Below are positions 47,340-56,894 of a DNA stretch of 64,000 nucleotides, one piece after another. Origin of the DNA: Polyangiales bacterium (lineage in GTDB: Bacteria; Myxococcota_A; Polyangia; Polyangiales; Polyangiaceae); the NCBI GenBank assembly GCA_038231275.1, contig JBBRLQ010000003.1, forward strand, positions 484,800 to 548,799. The letters run 5' to 3'. How positions within the stretch are numbered: the stretch's first letter is position 1; each line of letters starts with the position of its first letter. The position numbers and the translations under genes are program-made. The notes under the pieces were generated by a model that was given only the letters and a program-made list of their open reading frames with translations, had not been told where the DNA came from and did not search any database.

Positions 47340-47576
47340 ATGGCCAGGACCACCAGTTTTACGCTTGGTGAAGATCTCGACGGGTTCGTTCGACAGCAAG
47401 TCGACAGCGGCGCCTACGCCTCGGCCAGCGAAGTCGTTCGCGCCGCACTGACCCGACTCGCCGAAGAGCAGCGCAAGGAAGCTTTGGTCCTGGCCGCACT
47501 CGACCACGGCGTGGCGAGCGGGCGGGCTCGGCCGGGAGCGTTCGCGCGTGCGAGACGCCGCGCCGGCTTGCGGTGA
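47340..47576 (+). CDS. parD: Type II TA antitoxin, ParD family (RHH)
   Basis: TSFTLGEDLDGFVRQQVDSGAYASASEVVRAAL...ALDHGVASG. Confidence 0.9.
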   Translation: MARTTSFTLGEDLDGFVRQQVDSGAYASASEVVRAALTRLAEEQRKEALVLAALDHGVASGRARPGAFARARRRAGLR

Positions 47577-47863
47577 GCCGGGTCTACTACACGCGAGACG
47601 CAGAGCACGACCTCGACGCCATCGCGGAGTACACGGTCGCGCAATGGGGCAAGGATCAGTGCGCCAAGTACCTCGATCTGCTCGAGCAGACCTGCGAGGT
47701 GATCATCCCGCAGAACGCGGCCCACGGACGTCCCGTGCCGCAGCGGCCACGGCTCCTGCGTTGGCGTTGCGAGCGCCACGTCGTCTACTTCCGGAGCGTC
47801 CGGGGAGGCATCGAGATCGTTCGCATCCTGCACGAGCGGATGCTCCCCCTAAAACACCTCTAA
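47573..47863 (+). CDS. parE: Type II TA toxin, RelE/ParE family
   Basis: AEHDLDAIAEYTVAQWG.DQ...HVVYFR...IEIVRILHERM; GTGA overlap with parD. Confidence 0.9.
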   Translation: MSRVYYTRDAEHDLDAIAEYTVAQWGKDQCAKYLDLLEQTCEVIIPQNAAHGRPVPQRPRLLRWRCERHVVYFRSVRGGIEIVRILHERMLPLKHL

Positions 47864-47972
47864 GCGCTCGCCTCGCCTAGAGAGCACGCTGCCGCAGACG
47901 CCGCTCACCGGCGACGTGGCCGCCGCGAGGCACGCGACGAGGCTGCGTCTCGAGCCACCGAGCACTTCGATC

Positions 47973-48653
47973 TCAGTCCAGCACGATCCAGCCTGTTCCC
48001 CGGTCGCCCCACGACCCGCACGCACGCGCTGCGCCGCGCGGTGTGTCGCAGCGCTGGATGGCCAGCTCGATCGTGTCACCGCGCCTGCCGTCCAGGCCCA
48101 AGGACGAGAGCGGAATCGCGAGCTCCAGCACCCACTCTTCGTCGTCGTCGCGCGAGTCGTCGATCGTCCCGTCCATTTCGTGCCCTGCGCGCGTCCCGCT
48201 CTGCCACGCGAAGTCGAGAGATCCTCCGGCGCGTCGCGCGTCCGTGACGACACCCCGCGGCGACACGTCGATCACTCGCTCCTCGCCGCCCGGCGCGGTC
48301 ACGAACACGAGATGGAACGTGTCGTCGATCCAGAGCGGATCGTCCGGCTTCGTGGCGCGCGCGCGGATGTCTTCGTCGGCGGCGTAGAGCCCGACGTAGA
48401 GCATGCCGTCTGCCCACGCGAAGCGCGCCTCCGAGTACGGTCGCGCCGCCGCGCCGTTGGCGGCGACGAAGGCACCGGTGCGGACGGCTCCGTGGGTCCA
48501 GATCCGCTCGTCGAGCTCACCATTCAGCGTGATGGGCTCCGCCGTCTTGGGCGCGCGAAGCGGGCGGCGTTGCGTGCTCGTGGGCGGAGACTCGCGGGCC
48601 GCCAGCGCGACCGCGATCGCGAGAAGAGGACCGCCGATCAAGCGCGCGGTCAT
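47973..48653 (-). CDS. CBM9-like carbohydrate-binding protein
   Basis: ITLNGELDE..W; ARFAW...LYV; DDPLW.DD; WVLELAIPLSSL. Confidence 0.7.
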   Translation of the reverse strand: MTARLIGGPLLAIAVALAARESPPTSTQRRPLRAPKTAEPITLNGELDERIWTHGAVRTGAFVAANGAAARPYSEARFAWADGMLYVGLYAADEDIRARATKPDDPLWIDDTFHLVFVTAPGGEERVIDVSPRGVVTDARRAGGSLDFAWQSGTRAGHEMDGTIDDSRDDDEEWVLELAIPLSSLGLDGRRGDTIELAIQRCDTPRGAARACGSWGDRGTGWIVLD

Positions 48654-50032
48654 GGAGCCGGGGTTCCGTCCGGCTTCACGGCGAACCGGAAGAGGCCGTC
48701 ACTCAGCCTCGTCGAAAAATTCAGCATGTCGACTTGAATCGCGCCGTCGGGCCGTTGATTGAGGACCGCGAAGCCGTAGTCCTTGCTTCCGCTGAGCGGC
48801 GCTCCGCCGTTGCCGACGATGACTTCACGGCCCGAGTAATGCGCGTACGTGTGCGTGTGGCCGACGATCGCCAGCGTGTAGGGGTGCGTGGCCATGATCT
48901 GCTCGGACGGGATGACCCCCGGAGCGGTGTTGGCCGCGGCCGACTCGTGGCGCACGACGAACGTATACGTCGTCGGCTGCGCGAGCGTTTGATCGAGCCA
49001 GGTCGCCTGGGCCGCGCTCCACGCGTTCGCCGCGACGATTAGGAACTTCGAGGTCCACGACTTGTCGATGGCGTCCACGCGCACGGAGTAGAAGGGATCG
49101 GTCTTGCCGATCGGACCGAGCATCCTCGACATGAACGCGTTGTAATTCTGGGTCGTGCCGTTCGTGTTGCCGGGACCGCAGTTGGACGCCGTCGCGCCCG
49201 TGCACTCATGGTTGCCCAGCGCAGGGAACGAGACGCCCGAGTATTTGGCGCGGGCGGCGAGGTACAGATCGAGCTGCGGGTTCACCTGGCTGCCGAACGT
49301 GCTCGCGAACATGTAATCCCCGGTCGCCACCATAAACGGAGGCCGCGAGGGGAGGCCCTGGATGCCGGTGAAAATGGTGTCGATGATGGCCGAGGGGTAG
49401 CCTGGCGTATCGTCGGGGTTGGCCGGGCGCGTATCGCCCACCACGGCAAAGAGGAGGCGCGAGAGCGAACCACCGTTGCCGTCGACGGTGCCGGTGACGG
49501 GGGGGCCGCCGTCGAACGGGGCGCCCCCATCGTCCGAGCCGCAGCCCGTGGGAGGGGGCCGGCAACGGTTCGTCGCGGTGTCGCACCACCAGTCACCGTA
49601 ACAACCGTTCGTCTGGCAGGTCGCGCCGCTGCAGGAAGCGCAGGCCGCCGCGACGTCGGGCCCGACCAACGTGCCGCAGGTGGCGGGCGGTGGGCCGGCG
49701 TCGACGACGGCAGGCGCGGTGCAGGTGTCTCCGCTGCGCGGAACGCACACGCTCACCTGTTGGCCGTTCACGCCGCTGGCGGCGATGCACGCGCGATCCG
49801 CGGCACACTCGCTACCGCTTGGGCAGGTCGGAGCGCAATAGGTGTCCGAGCCGAGCTGCGCGCACGCGCTGCCTGGGCAGTCCTGATCCGTCGTGCACGG
49901 CGGACACACGGCGGCCGCGTCGCCGGGCACGGATGCGTCGCCAGGCACGGATGCGTCGTCGACGACCACGCTGGTCTTCTGTCCGCACCCGAGCGCGAGG
50001 AATCCGACGGCGACCAAGAACGACCGGAGCAT
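48650..50032 (-). CDS. Secreted metallophosphoesterase with Cys-rich N-terminus
   Basis: Lipobox ALGC; FAVVGDTR, ATGDY, ALGNHE, VVRH, VGHTH. Confidence 0.85.
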   Translation of the reverse strand: MLRSFLVAVGFLALGCGQKTSVVVDDASVPGDASVPGDAAAVCPPCTTDQDCPGSACAQLGSDTYCAPTCPSGSECAADRACIAASGVNGQQVSVCVPRSGDTCTAPAVVDAGPPPATCGTLVGPDVAAACASCSGATCQTNGCYGDWWCDTATNRCRPPPTGCGSDDGGAPFDGGPPVTGTVDGNGGSLSRLLFAVVGDTRPANPDDTPGYPSAIIDTIFTGIQGLPSRPPFMVATGDYMFASTFGSQVNPQLDLYLAARAKYSGVSFPALGNHECTGATASNCGPGNTNGTTQNYNAFMSRMLGPIGKTDPFYSVRVDAIDKSWTSKFLIVAANAWSAAQATWLDQTLAQPTTYTFVVRHESAAANTAPGVIPSEQIMATHPYTLAIVGHTHTYAHYSGREVIVGNGGAPLSGSKDYGFAVLNQRPDGAIQVDMLNFSTRLSDGLFRFAVKPDGTPAP

Positions 50033-50112
50033 CCCGGTAACGTACCCCTTTCCGGCGCACCTGCACGACCGCCGCACTGCGCGAATCGTCTAAGCGCCGC
50101 GGCCGGGAAGCG

Positions 50113-50137
50113 GGAACTCTTGCCGCAGGTTGGTGTC
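50113..50137 (+). promoter_or_regulatory. Candidate ECF-sigma promoter
   Basis: GGAAC-N17-GTC upstream of the CDS at 50160. Confidence 0.4.
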
Positions 50138-50159
50138 GCATGAGGAAAGGACGGGCGAC

Positions 50160-52517
50160 ATGAGCAGGATGCGGAAAAGAGGCGTCTCGTTCTTGGCGCT
50201 CGTCGCTGCAGTAGTCTTGCCGTCTTGCGCGCGCGACGCTCCTCCGAGCGCTGGCGCTCCCGTCTCCGTTGCGCGTACGACGGAGGACGCGGGCTCTCCC
50301 GTCCCGACCGCCTTGCCGGCGCCGTCGCCCCCGCGGGTCCGGCTCCTTCCCGTGCCGCCGCAGCAGGACGCCGCCTTCGATCTCCCGAAGCCGGCCGACG
50401 TCGATCCCAAGCTCGCGTCGGCCGCCGCCGAGCTGTTCGCTCTCGGCATGGCGGACCCGCGCGGGCTCCCCTACCGTGCCATCGAGGTCCCGACCGGCAG
50501 CGTATGGTCAGGCGTCGGCGAGCGCGTTCAGACGCGCGGCTTCCTGCTCCCGAAGACGGGCGACGCGCGGCATTGCGTGCTCTGGAGTGGGGTCGTGCAC
50601 CCGTGCGTGGAGCTCACGGGCAATGCGCAGCCGACGGTCGACGACGACGTGAAAGAGCTCGCGAAGCGCGACGCGCAAGAACGTGCAAAGTACAAGCAAG
50701 AGAACCCGAAGGGCACGTTCCACCGTTCGGGATCGATCGGCGAAGGGTACGCCGTCGCCGCGGAGACGCCGACCTGGACGAAGGTCGTCATGCTCGTCCG
50801 CCTCGGCAAATTCCCCCTCGCCGACACCGTCCGTCGCGCGATCGATCCGATACCGACGTCCGCGCAGGAAGACTTCTTCCTGCTCGCGGCGACCGAGTGG
50901 CTATGGGCGCGCTACGACCGCGGCGTGACGTCGCACATGGCCGGCGACGACGGGCTCGCCTACGAGTCCCTCGCGGGGTTGATGGAGGCGTGGGCGAAGG
51001 CTGACGCGACATGCGACGCCCGCGGCGTTCGTCGGCAATCCGAGCCGAACGCCACCGGTCCGGCCAGCCACTTCTCGTTCCTCGCAGGGACCGACGTGCT
51101 CCTCGCCGACAACGAGCGGCGCGCGCGCGCGGGAGTCGCGCCCTTCGATCTCACGAAGACGCTGGCGCTCCCGCCGAAGGAGCGAATCGCCGCGCTCATC
51201 GCCAGGCTCGACGAGGTCAACGAGCGCCAATGGGGTCAGCCCGGTGGAGTGAGCCTCGGGCGCTCGCCGATCGTGGAAGCGCTGGTCAAGGAAGGCGAAG
51301 CTGCGGTCGAGCCGCTCATCGACGTGATCGAGAAGGACACTCGGCTCACGCGGTCCGTGCATTTCTGGCGCGACTTCTCCCGCCATCGCTCGGTGCTGGG
51401 TGTTCACGAGGCGGCGTACTCGGCGGTCGCGCAGATCCTCCACGTGTCGGTGTTCACGCCCGCCGCGACGGGTGACGATCTCTCCGCCCGCGGCGCCGAC
51501 GGTCGAAGGGCCGTCGCACTGGCCATCCGCGCGCACGTCGCGAAGTGGAAAGGCGTGAGCCTCGAGGAGCGCTGGTACCGCGTCCTCGCGGACGACAAGG
51601 CACCGCCGGCGGAGTGGGCGGAGGCCGCGATGCTCGCCACGACGACGACCAACGTGACCGTCCTCGCGTCGAGCATGGTCTTCACGACGACCATCACGTC
51701 GTCAGTCGGTCCGGCCGCCGGATTCAAGGGCGAGGTGCTGCGTGGCCACGCGGCGCCTTCGGTGACCGTGCTCCTGGAGAAGCGCGCGCGCGCGGTCACC
51801 GACGGGAGGCAGCGTTGCGCCCTCTCGCACGCGCTCGTAACGTGGGATCCCGGCGCCTCGGAGGCCGCCGGGGAGGCGGTCTTTGCGGAGCTCGTCCGCG
51901 AAGAGCTCGCCGGCAAGGGGGGGCGCGAGTGTCTGTCGACGTTGACGCTCGATCGCGTGACGGCGCATCACGCGCACGCCCTCCTCGACTACGCCGACTG
52001 GCTCGAACGCGCGAAGCCGGAGTCCTCGGGGTTCGGAAACCTGGAGGCGTTCCACCCAATGGCGCTGCACCCCAAAGATCCCGACGTCGCGCGCGCGGCG
52101 ACGCGGATCTTCGCGAAGGGCTCGCCCTGGCTCCCCGCGGTAGGCGACAAGAAGGCGGACATCAACCTCGTCTCGATGGTGAAGCTGCCGCTGTCGATCG
52201 ATCCGCTCCGGCAGCGTGTGCTCGAGTACCTGGACGACAAGACGGTCATCGGCACTACACAAGTCCGAGAAGGAGGCGGCCTCTCGATGTCGTTCAACAG
52301 CGGCGCGAGCACCGGGACGTCCGTCCCTCAGGACGACCCGCGCGTCCCCGCGGCCGGGACGAAGCAGACGCTGCGCATGGCCGACTACGTCGCGTGGGAG
52401 GTGTCGACCAATCAGGATGCGCTCAAGAGCTCACCGCGGTTCGGCGTCTACTGGTCGGAGGCTGCGCGCAACCAGGCTCTCCGGACCATGAAGCAGACCA
52501 TCGAGCGACTTCCGTGA
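50160..52517 (+). CDS. Large hypothetical lipoprotein, mostly helical
   Basis: Lipobox LPSC; Pro linker; conserved-looking QWGQPGGV and DTRLTRSVHFWRDF blocks. Confidence 0.75.
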   Translation: MSRMRKRGVSFLALVAAVVLPSCARDAPPSAGAPVSVARTTEDAGSPVPTALPAPSPPRVRLLPVPPQQDAAFDLPKPADVDPKLASAAAELFALGMADPRGLPYRAIEVPTGSVWSGVGERVQTRGFLLPKTGDARHCVLWSGVVHPCVELTGNAQPTVDDDVKELAKRDAQERAKYKQENPKGTFHRSGSIGEGYAVAAETPTWTKVVMLVRLGKFPLADTVRRAIDPIPTSAQEDFFLLAATEWLWARYDRGVTSHMAGDDGLAYESLAGLMEAWAKADATCDARGVRRQSEPNATGPASHFSFLAGTDVLLADNERRARAGVAPFDLTKTLALPPKERIAALIARLDEVNERQWGQPGGVSLGRSPIVEALVKEGEAAVEPLIDVIEKDTRLTRSVHFWRDFSRHRSVLGVHEAAYSAVAQILHVSVFTPAATGDDLSARGADGRRAVALAIRAHVAKWKGVSLEERWYRVLADDKAPPAEWAEAAMLATTTTNVTVLASSMVFTTTITSSVGPAAGFKGEVLRGHAAPSVTVLLEKRARAVTDGRQRCALSHALVTWDPGASEAAGEAVFAELVREELAGKGGRECLSTLTLDRVTAHHAHALLDYADWLERAKPESSGFGNLEAFHPMALHPKDPDVARAATRIFAKGSPWLPAVGDKKADINLVSMVKLPLSIDPLRQRVLEYLDDKTVIGTTQVREGGGLSMSFNSGASTGTSVPQDDPRVPAAGTKQTLRMADYVAWEVSTNQDALKSSPRFGVYWSEAARNQALRTMKQTIERLP

Positions 52518-52534
52518 GACTCAGTGACGCCGCG

Positions 52535-53629
52535 TCACTTGCTGGCGGCGAACGTGTCCTTGAAGCGCAGGAGCCCGCTGCCCTTCTGATCGCCGACGTA
52601 GACGAAGCCCCTGCCGTCGGCGACGACGGAGCGCGCTTGGTCCGGGAGAGACGTTGCAACGAGTTGCTTCACACTGCCATCCGCGGAGACTCCGAGCATG
52701 ACGAGCTTGGTCTCCGTGGTCGCGTAGAGATGATTCAGGGACGCATCGTAGGCAAGGATGTCGACCAACCCGCCGGGGAGCTTCGCCTGCCCGACCTGCT
52801 TGCCGCCGGCGACCTTGATGTCGACGACGGACGCGAGACCCTCGGAGCAGGCGACCATGAGAAATCCGCGCTTCTCGTCGAGCGCGATGCCTCGTGAGCC
52901 TCGGTCGTTCGGGTCGGTGCCGTTCTTCGCACACGCGTTGGTGAACCGGTCGACGACCGTGCGGGTCTTGAGGTCGATGGCGAGCGACACGTTCGAGAAG
53001 AGATTCGTGTAGGCGCGTCCGCGCGTGTGGTCGATGATCAGGGACTCCGGGCCGTCTCCGTCAATCGCGATGAACGCTGCGTGGACCGGCGTCGTTCCGT
53101 CACCGGCGACCGTGAAGATCTCGATCTGCTGCTTGTCGGGCTCGGTCGCCCAGATCTCGTGGAGCGAGTCCACCGAGCGAAGGTAGTCGGGCACCGACGC
53201 GAACTTGACCGGAGTGCCGACCACCGCGGAGCTTCGAGGGTCCGCGACCGTCATGAGCTTCGTCGTGCGATCGGCGACGTAGATGAGGCCGTTGGCTTCG
53301 GTCGCGGAAGCGGCGCCGAAGTCGTGACTTCCGTGGAACTGCTTCTCGGTGCTGAAGCCCGAGATTGCCGTGACCTTGAGCGTGACGGGATCCACGAGAT
53401 CGAGGTCGCCGGTTCGCCCCGCCGGGACGATGATGTGGTCGCCCGCGAAAATCAGATCATCCAAACCGATCCCGCCCGTCCCAAGGCCCCCGTTCGGCAG
53501 CGTGATCGCGGTGGACGGGAGATGCGCGGTGAGGTCCTCCTCGGGGCCCGTCGCGGTGCCGCTGTCCGCGGAGCAGCCCGTCACCGCCAGGATTGCCGTG
53601 GTTGCTGCGAGGAAGGATCGGTAGATCAT
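52535..53629 (-). CDS. YncE-like beta-propeller lipoprotein
   Basis: Lipobox VTGC; GPESL..D...GRAYTN; RGIALDEKRGFL.VAC; GLVDILAYD. Confidence 0.75.
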   Translation of the reverse strand: MIYRSFLAATTAILAVTGCSADSGTATGPEEDLTAHLPSTAITLPNGGLGTGGIGLDDLIFAGDHIIVPAGRTGDLDLVDPVTLKVTAISGFSTEKQFHGSHDFGAASATEANGLIYVADRTTKLMTVADPRSSAVVGTPVKFASVPDYLRSVDSLHEIWATEPDKQQIEIFTVAGDGTTPVHAAFIAIDGDGPESLIIDHTRGRAYTNLFSNVSLAIDLKTRTVVDRFTNACAKNGTDPNDRGSRGIALDEKRGFLMVACSEGLASVVDIKVAGGKQVGQAKLPGGLVDILAYDASLNHLYATTETKLVMLGVSADGSVKQLVATSLPDQARSVVADGRGFVYVGDQKGSGLLRFKDTFAASK

Positions 53630-53640
53630 GACCCCCGCAA

Positions 53641-53656
53641 AGCAAGGAGTGGACCA
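53641..53656 (-). promoter_or_regulatory. Candidate sigma54 promoter
   Basis: Minus strand TGGTCCACTCCTTGCT (GG-N10-GC), ending 11 nt before the ATG at 53629. Confidence 0.55.
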
Positions 53657-53793
53657 CCATGTGTGCCCTAGACATACATGATGTTACACCGCCAAGTCGG
53701 GGTGACGTTGGGAGATCGGCGCCATTCAAGATCCACCAGGCGAGGCAACGTGACGTCGCTCGGCGCGATGCGACGCCAAGCGACGAGGGCCGG

Positions 53794-54681
53794 CTACGGG
53801 GTCGCGGCTTGAAAATGCGCGAGCACACGCGCGGCCGAGAGGACATGATCGTACACCGCGAGCTCGTCGAGCGTGCCTACCAGTGGCCCCCACGAGAACG
53901 CCGTACCGTTGGGAGGCTGGTCCACGTCGGCGATCGCGAGCCCGGAGCTCATCTTCGCGGCGTCGAGGTACAGCACCGGTGACACCCCGTCGGCCGTCGT
54001 CGTGACCACGACGTGGTGGAAGCGCCCGGCTTCGACGGCGACGCTGTCGGCGTACGCCCAGAGGGCGTCGTTGGCCCAGCGCTCCCAGCGCAGCGCGTTC
54101 TGTGGGTTGTTCATCTCTAGATAGAAGCCGAGCGACGGACCGTTGCCAGCGTTCGGTTTCATGTCGGTCAACACGTAGCCCTGCCCGACCCCCGCCTCCG
54201 CCGAGATCTTCACCCACGCCTCGAGCGCGAAGGGGGGATCGTGCGGGAAGTCGAGCAGCGCCGCGTCGTCGCCGGGCACCCCTTGCAGCGATGTTCCCTG
54301 GACGAAGCGCACCGCGTGCTCGGGCTCGCCGGGAAAGATCCCCGGCTCCCCGAACGTCGGCGTCCCCACGTAGAGCCCTGTGTAGGGGCCCGCGATCTCG
54401 TTCTTGCAGGCGCTCGCGCTCGTGTCGGAGAGACGCCAGTAGGCCAGAGGAGCGTCGCGGAGCACCTCGGCGCGGTAGCGCTCGGCGCGCCCCGCTCCGG
54501 CGTCGACGATCGCGCCATCGGCCGCCGGCGCGTCGTCGGTCACGTCGGTCACGGCGTCCGCCTGGCCCGAATCGGTGGTGTAGCTGACGTCGTCGACCCC
54601 CAGCAACGTCGCGCACGCCGGCGCGCTCGCCGCAAGGGCGACCGCCGCGACGATGCGGCCGAGACCTCGGGCGTGGGCCAT
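53794..54681 (-). CDS. LamG/concanavalin-A-like domain lipoprotein
   Basis: VLRDAPLAYWRL; FALEAWVK; FHHVVVT; LYLD; GTLDELAVYDHVLSAARVLAH. Confidence 0.85.
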   Translation of the reverse strand: MAHARGLGRIVAAVALAASAPACATLLGVDDVSYTTDSGQADAVTDVTDDAPAADGAIVDAGAGRAERYRAEVLRDAPLAYWRLSDTSASACKNEIAGPYTGLYVGTPTFGEPGIFPGEPEHAVRFVQGTSLQGVPGDDAALLDFPHDPPFALEAWVKISAEAGVGQGYVLTDMKPNAGNGPSLGFYLEMNNPQNALRWERWANDALWAYADSVAVEAGRFHHVVVTTTADGVSPVLYLDAAKMSSGLAIADVDQPPNGTAFSWGPLVGTLDELAVYDHVLSAARVLAHFQAATP

Positions 54682-54822
54682 GCGGCGAACGATACCATCG
54701 CAGGCGTTCTCGACGTTCGCGAGGTGGACGCCATCTTCGGCGGCAGTGACCTCACGCGCGCCGCGCGTTCTCGTCCTAGCGAGGATCCTCTGGGCCCGCC
54801 GGCGAAGTGCTACCGTGGCGCG

Positions 54823-55215
54823 ATGATGCGATTTGCCGTGGTCGCGGTCGTGCTCTCCGCGTGCGTCCCTCACTCCGATCTTCCCGCCGACCAGATCGAA
54901 AAGCTCGGCAAGCTGGCCGAGGTGATGGACGTGCAGGCGACGATCTCGGATCCTCAGTTCAAGAAGATCGACGCCGAGAGCTACGCCGACGCCGACTGGG
55001 CGGCGTTCGCGGACATGGCCAGCCGGCTTCAGGTCACGAGCAAGAAGATCCACGAGTTTTCGAAGGGCCCCGAGTTCGACAAGCTCGCCGACGACCTTCA
55101 CGCGCAGGCCGAAGCACTCGGCAAGACCGCCGCGGCAAAAGACGCGAAGGCCACCTCGGCGGGCCTCGCGTCGATCAAGGCCACGTGCAAGGCGTGTCAC
55201 TCGAAGTTCAAGTGA
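54823..55215 (+). CDS. Class II cytochrome c (c'-like) lipoprotein
   Basis: Lipobox VLSAC; helical body; C-terminal CKACH. Confidence 0.85.
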   Translation: MMRFAVVAVVLSACVPHSDLPADQIEKLGKLAEVMDVQATISDPQFKKIDAESYADADWAAFADMASRLQVTSKKIHEFSKGPEFDKLADDLHAQAEALGKTAAAKDAKATSAGLASIKATCKACHSKFK

Positions 55216-55222
55216 TAGGCAG

Positions 55223-56581
55223 CTACTTCGCGCGGAGCTCGATGCCTCCATCGGGCAGCACCGTGAACGCTTTCCGATCCTTCCATTGATCGTCGGGCGG
55301 GAAGTCCGCGCCGGCATCGAACGGATCGGCGCTGTTCCACATCGCGAGAGTCTGGTGTTCGTCGCAATCGACGAACCCGTCGACGAATCGGCAGACGTGG
55401 AGCCCGCGCGCTCCGTAGCGGATCATCATGGGCCCTTGATCGCCGCCGTAGAGCGGGCTCCACGCGGTCACGCGCTGGACGACGAGGAGCGCGGGAGGTC
55501 CGGCCGGTGGTCGTTCCATGCGGACCAGCTCGCGCTTCACTTCGCCCGCCGAATTGGGGTTTATACACGGCTCGCTTTCCAGCTCGTCTGCTTCGACGAA
55601 CCAGCCTCGCGACGACTGGATCGCGAGCCAAGTCGTGGCGTTCGTGCCGTCGCACACGCGGACCGTCTCCATCGCCTGAAGGGGAGGCCCGGCGACTCCT
55701 TCGAAGACGAGCGGTTCGTGCCGGCAGTCCGACTCCATCGGACAGCGATCGACGACGTCCGCCACCGGCCGACCCGCCGCGCGCGCGGCGCTCGCCAGGT
55801 CCTGCGCGAATCTCGTGCAGTATGCATCGATGGAGGGCCAGGGTCCCCGCTTCGGAAGGCCGGCCACGCTCTCGCGCTCGGCGCTCGTGAGCCATGGCGG
55901 CGCCGCGAGAGAGCCGACGCGAACGCCCACCGACGCGTCCGTGATCTTCGCAACGGCGGGGACGCCGAGAACGTCGAAGGTGCTCACCACGAGCTCGCGC
56001 CACGTGGTCTTCGTTCCTGGGAGGGTCGCGAGCACCTCGATCCGGTAGTCGCCTCCCATGGCGTCGATGGGAATGCGCTGGGGTGATCGCGTGGCCGGGT
56101 CGAGATCGACGCTGCGATCGGGCATCCCCTCGCGCGTGACACGCACGCGGGTGATGCGATGGTTCATCGTGAAGAGATCGCCTCCGTCGGGGTCTCGCCC
56201 CGCGAATCCCGACGAGAGCACGATCGCGTGCACGTGCGCGGCCTTCGGGAGGCGGAACGCGATCCATCCTCCGACGAGGTCCCCCGTCTTTCCGTTCCAC
56301 GCCGTCTCCTCCGCGCCGTCGAGGAGATCGCTGGGAGACGCCTTGGGACTGTCGACCAACGACGACACCGCGACCCTCGCGTCTTTGCTCCTGAGGAGCG
56401 AGACCTCGCGCGCTCCGGCGTCGTGGCTCGCATCGGAGTCTTGCGCGGCGAGGTCGGTCGACGGCGGCGGACGCGCGCTCGTTGCTCCAGGATCGGCGGT
56501 CACCTGCGGCGTGCGATTGCACTGCTTGCAGCCGAAGAGGAAGACCACCGGCGTCAGCGCGGCAACGTAGAGCGGGCGCAT
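55223..56581 (-). CDS. Hypothetical lipoprotein with discoidin-like/glycan-binding domain
   Basis: Lipobox LFGC; LLDG.EETAWN...VGGWIAF; F.MNHRI; ELVVS. Confidence 0.65.
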   Translation of the reverse strand: MRPLYVAALTPVVFLFGCKQCNRTPQVTADPGATSARPPPSTDLAAQDSDASHDAGAREVSLLRSKDARVAVSSLVDSPKASPSDLLDGAEETAWNGKTGDLVGGWIAFRLPKAAHVHAIVLSSGFAGRDPDGGDLFTMNHRITRVRVTREGMPDRSVDLDPATRSPQRIPIDAMGGDYRIEVLATLPGTKTTWRELVVSTFDVLGVPAVAKITDASVGVRVGSLAAPPWLTSAERESVAGLPKRGPWPSIDAYCTRFAQDLASAARAAGRPVADVVDRCPMESDCRHEPLVFEGVAGPPLQAMETVRVCDGTNATTWLAIQSSRGWFVEADELESEPCINPNSAGEVKRELVRMERPPAGPPALLVVQRVTAWSPLYGGDQGPMMIRYGARGLHVCRFVDGFVDCDEHQTLAMWNSADPFDAGADFPPDDQWKDRKAFTVLPDGGIELRAK

Positions 56582-56660
56582 GTCCGACGTGTCATCCGAT
56601 CAAATTGCGTGTTTGTCGATGGACTCTCTACAGGGGCAAGGACGCTCGAAGGTAGGTCGC

Positions 56661-56710
56661 GTGCTCAGCGAATCTTGCGCAGGTAGTCGGCGAGGCTGTC
56701 GATCGTCGTG
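56661..56710 (-). repeat. Inverted copy of the 3' end of the SRPBCC gene (25400-25448)
   Basis: Reverse complement CACGACGATCGACAGCCTCGCCGACTACCTGCGCAAGATTCGCTGAGC vs ...AAGATCCGCTGAGC. Confidence 0.9.
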
Positions 56711-56894
56711 CACCGCGACGACACGGCCGGCGCGGATCCCACCCGCGACGTCGATGGCGATGCACTGTCGTAGAGAGTCAAATTTCCAGAACCCACTGGT
56801 CCAGTTTTTCGGCAGGCAGGTCACTTTCGTCGACAAATTTGTGATGAAGACTTTCATCGTCGCGCGTGGGCGTATTGCCCGGTAGCTTTTCCCG

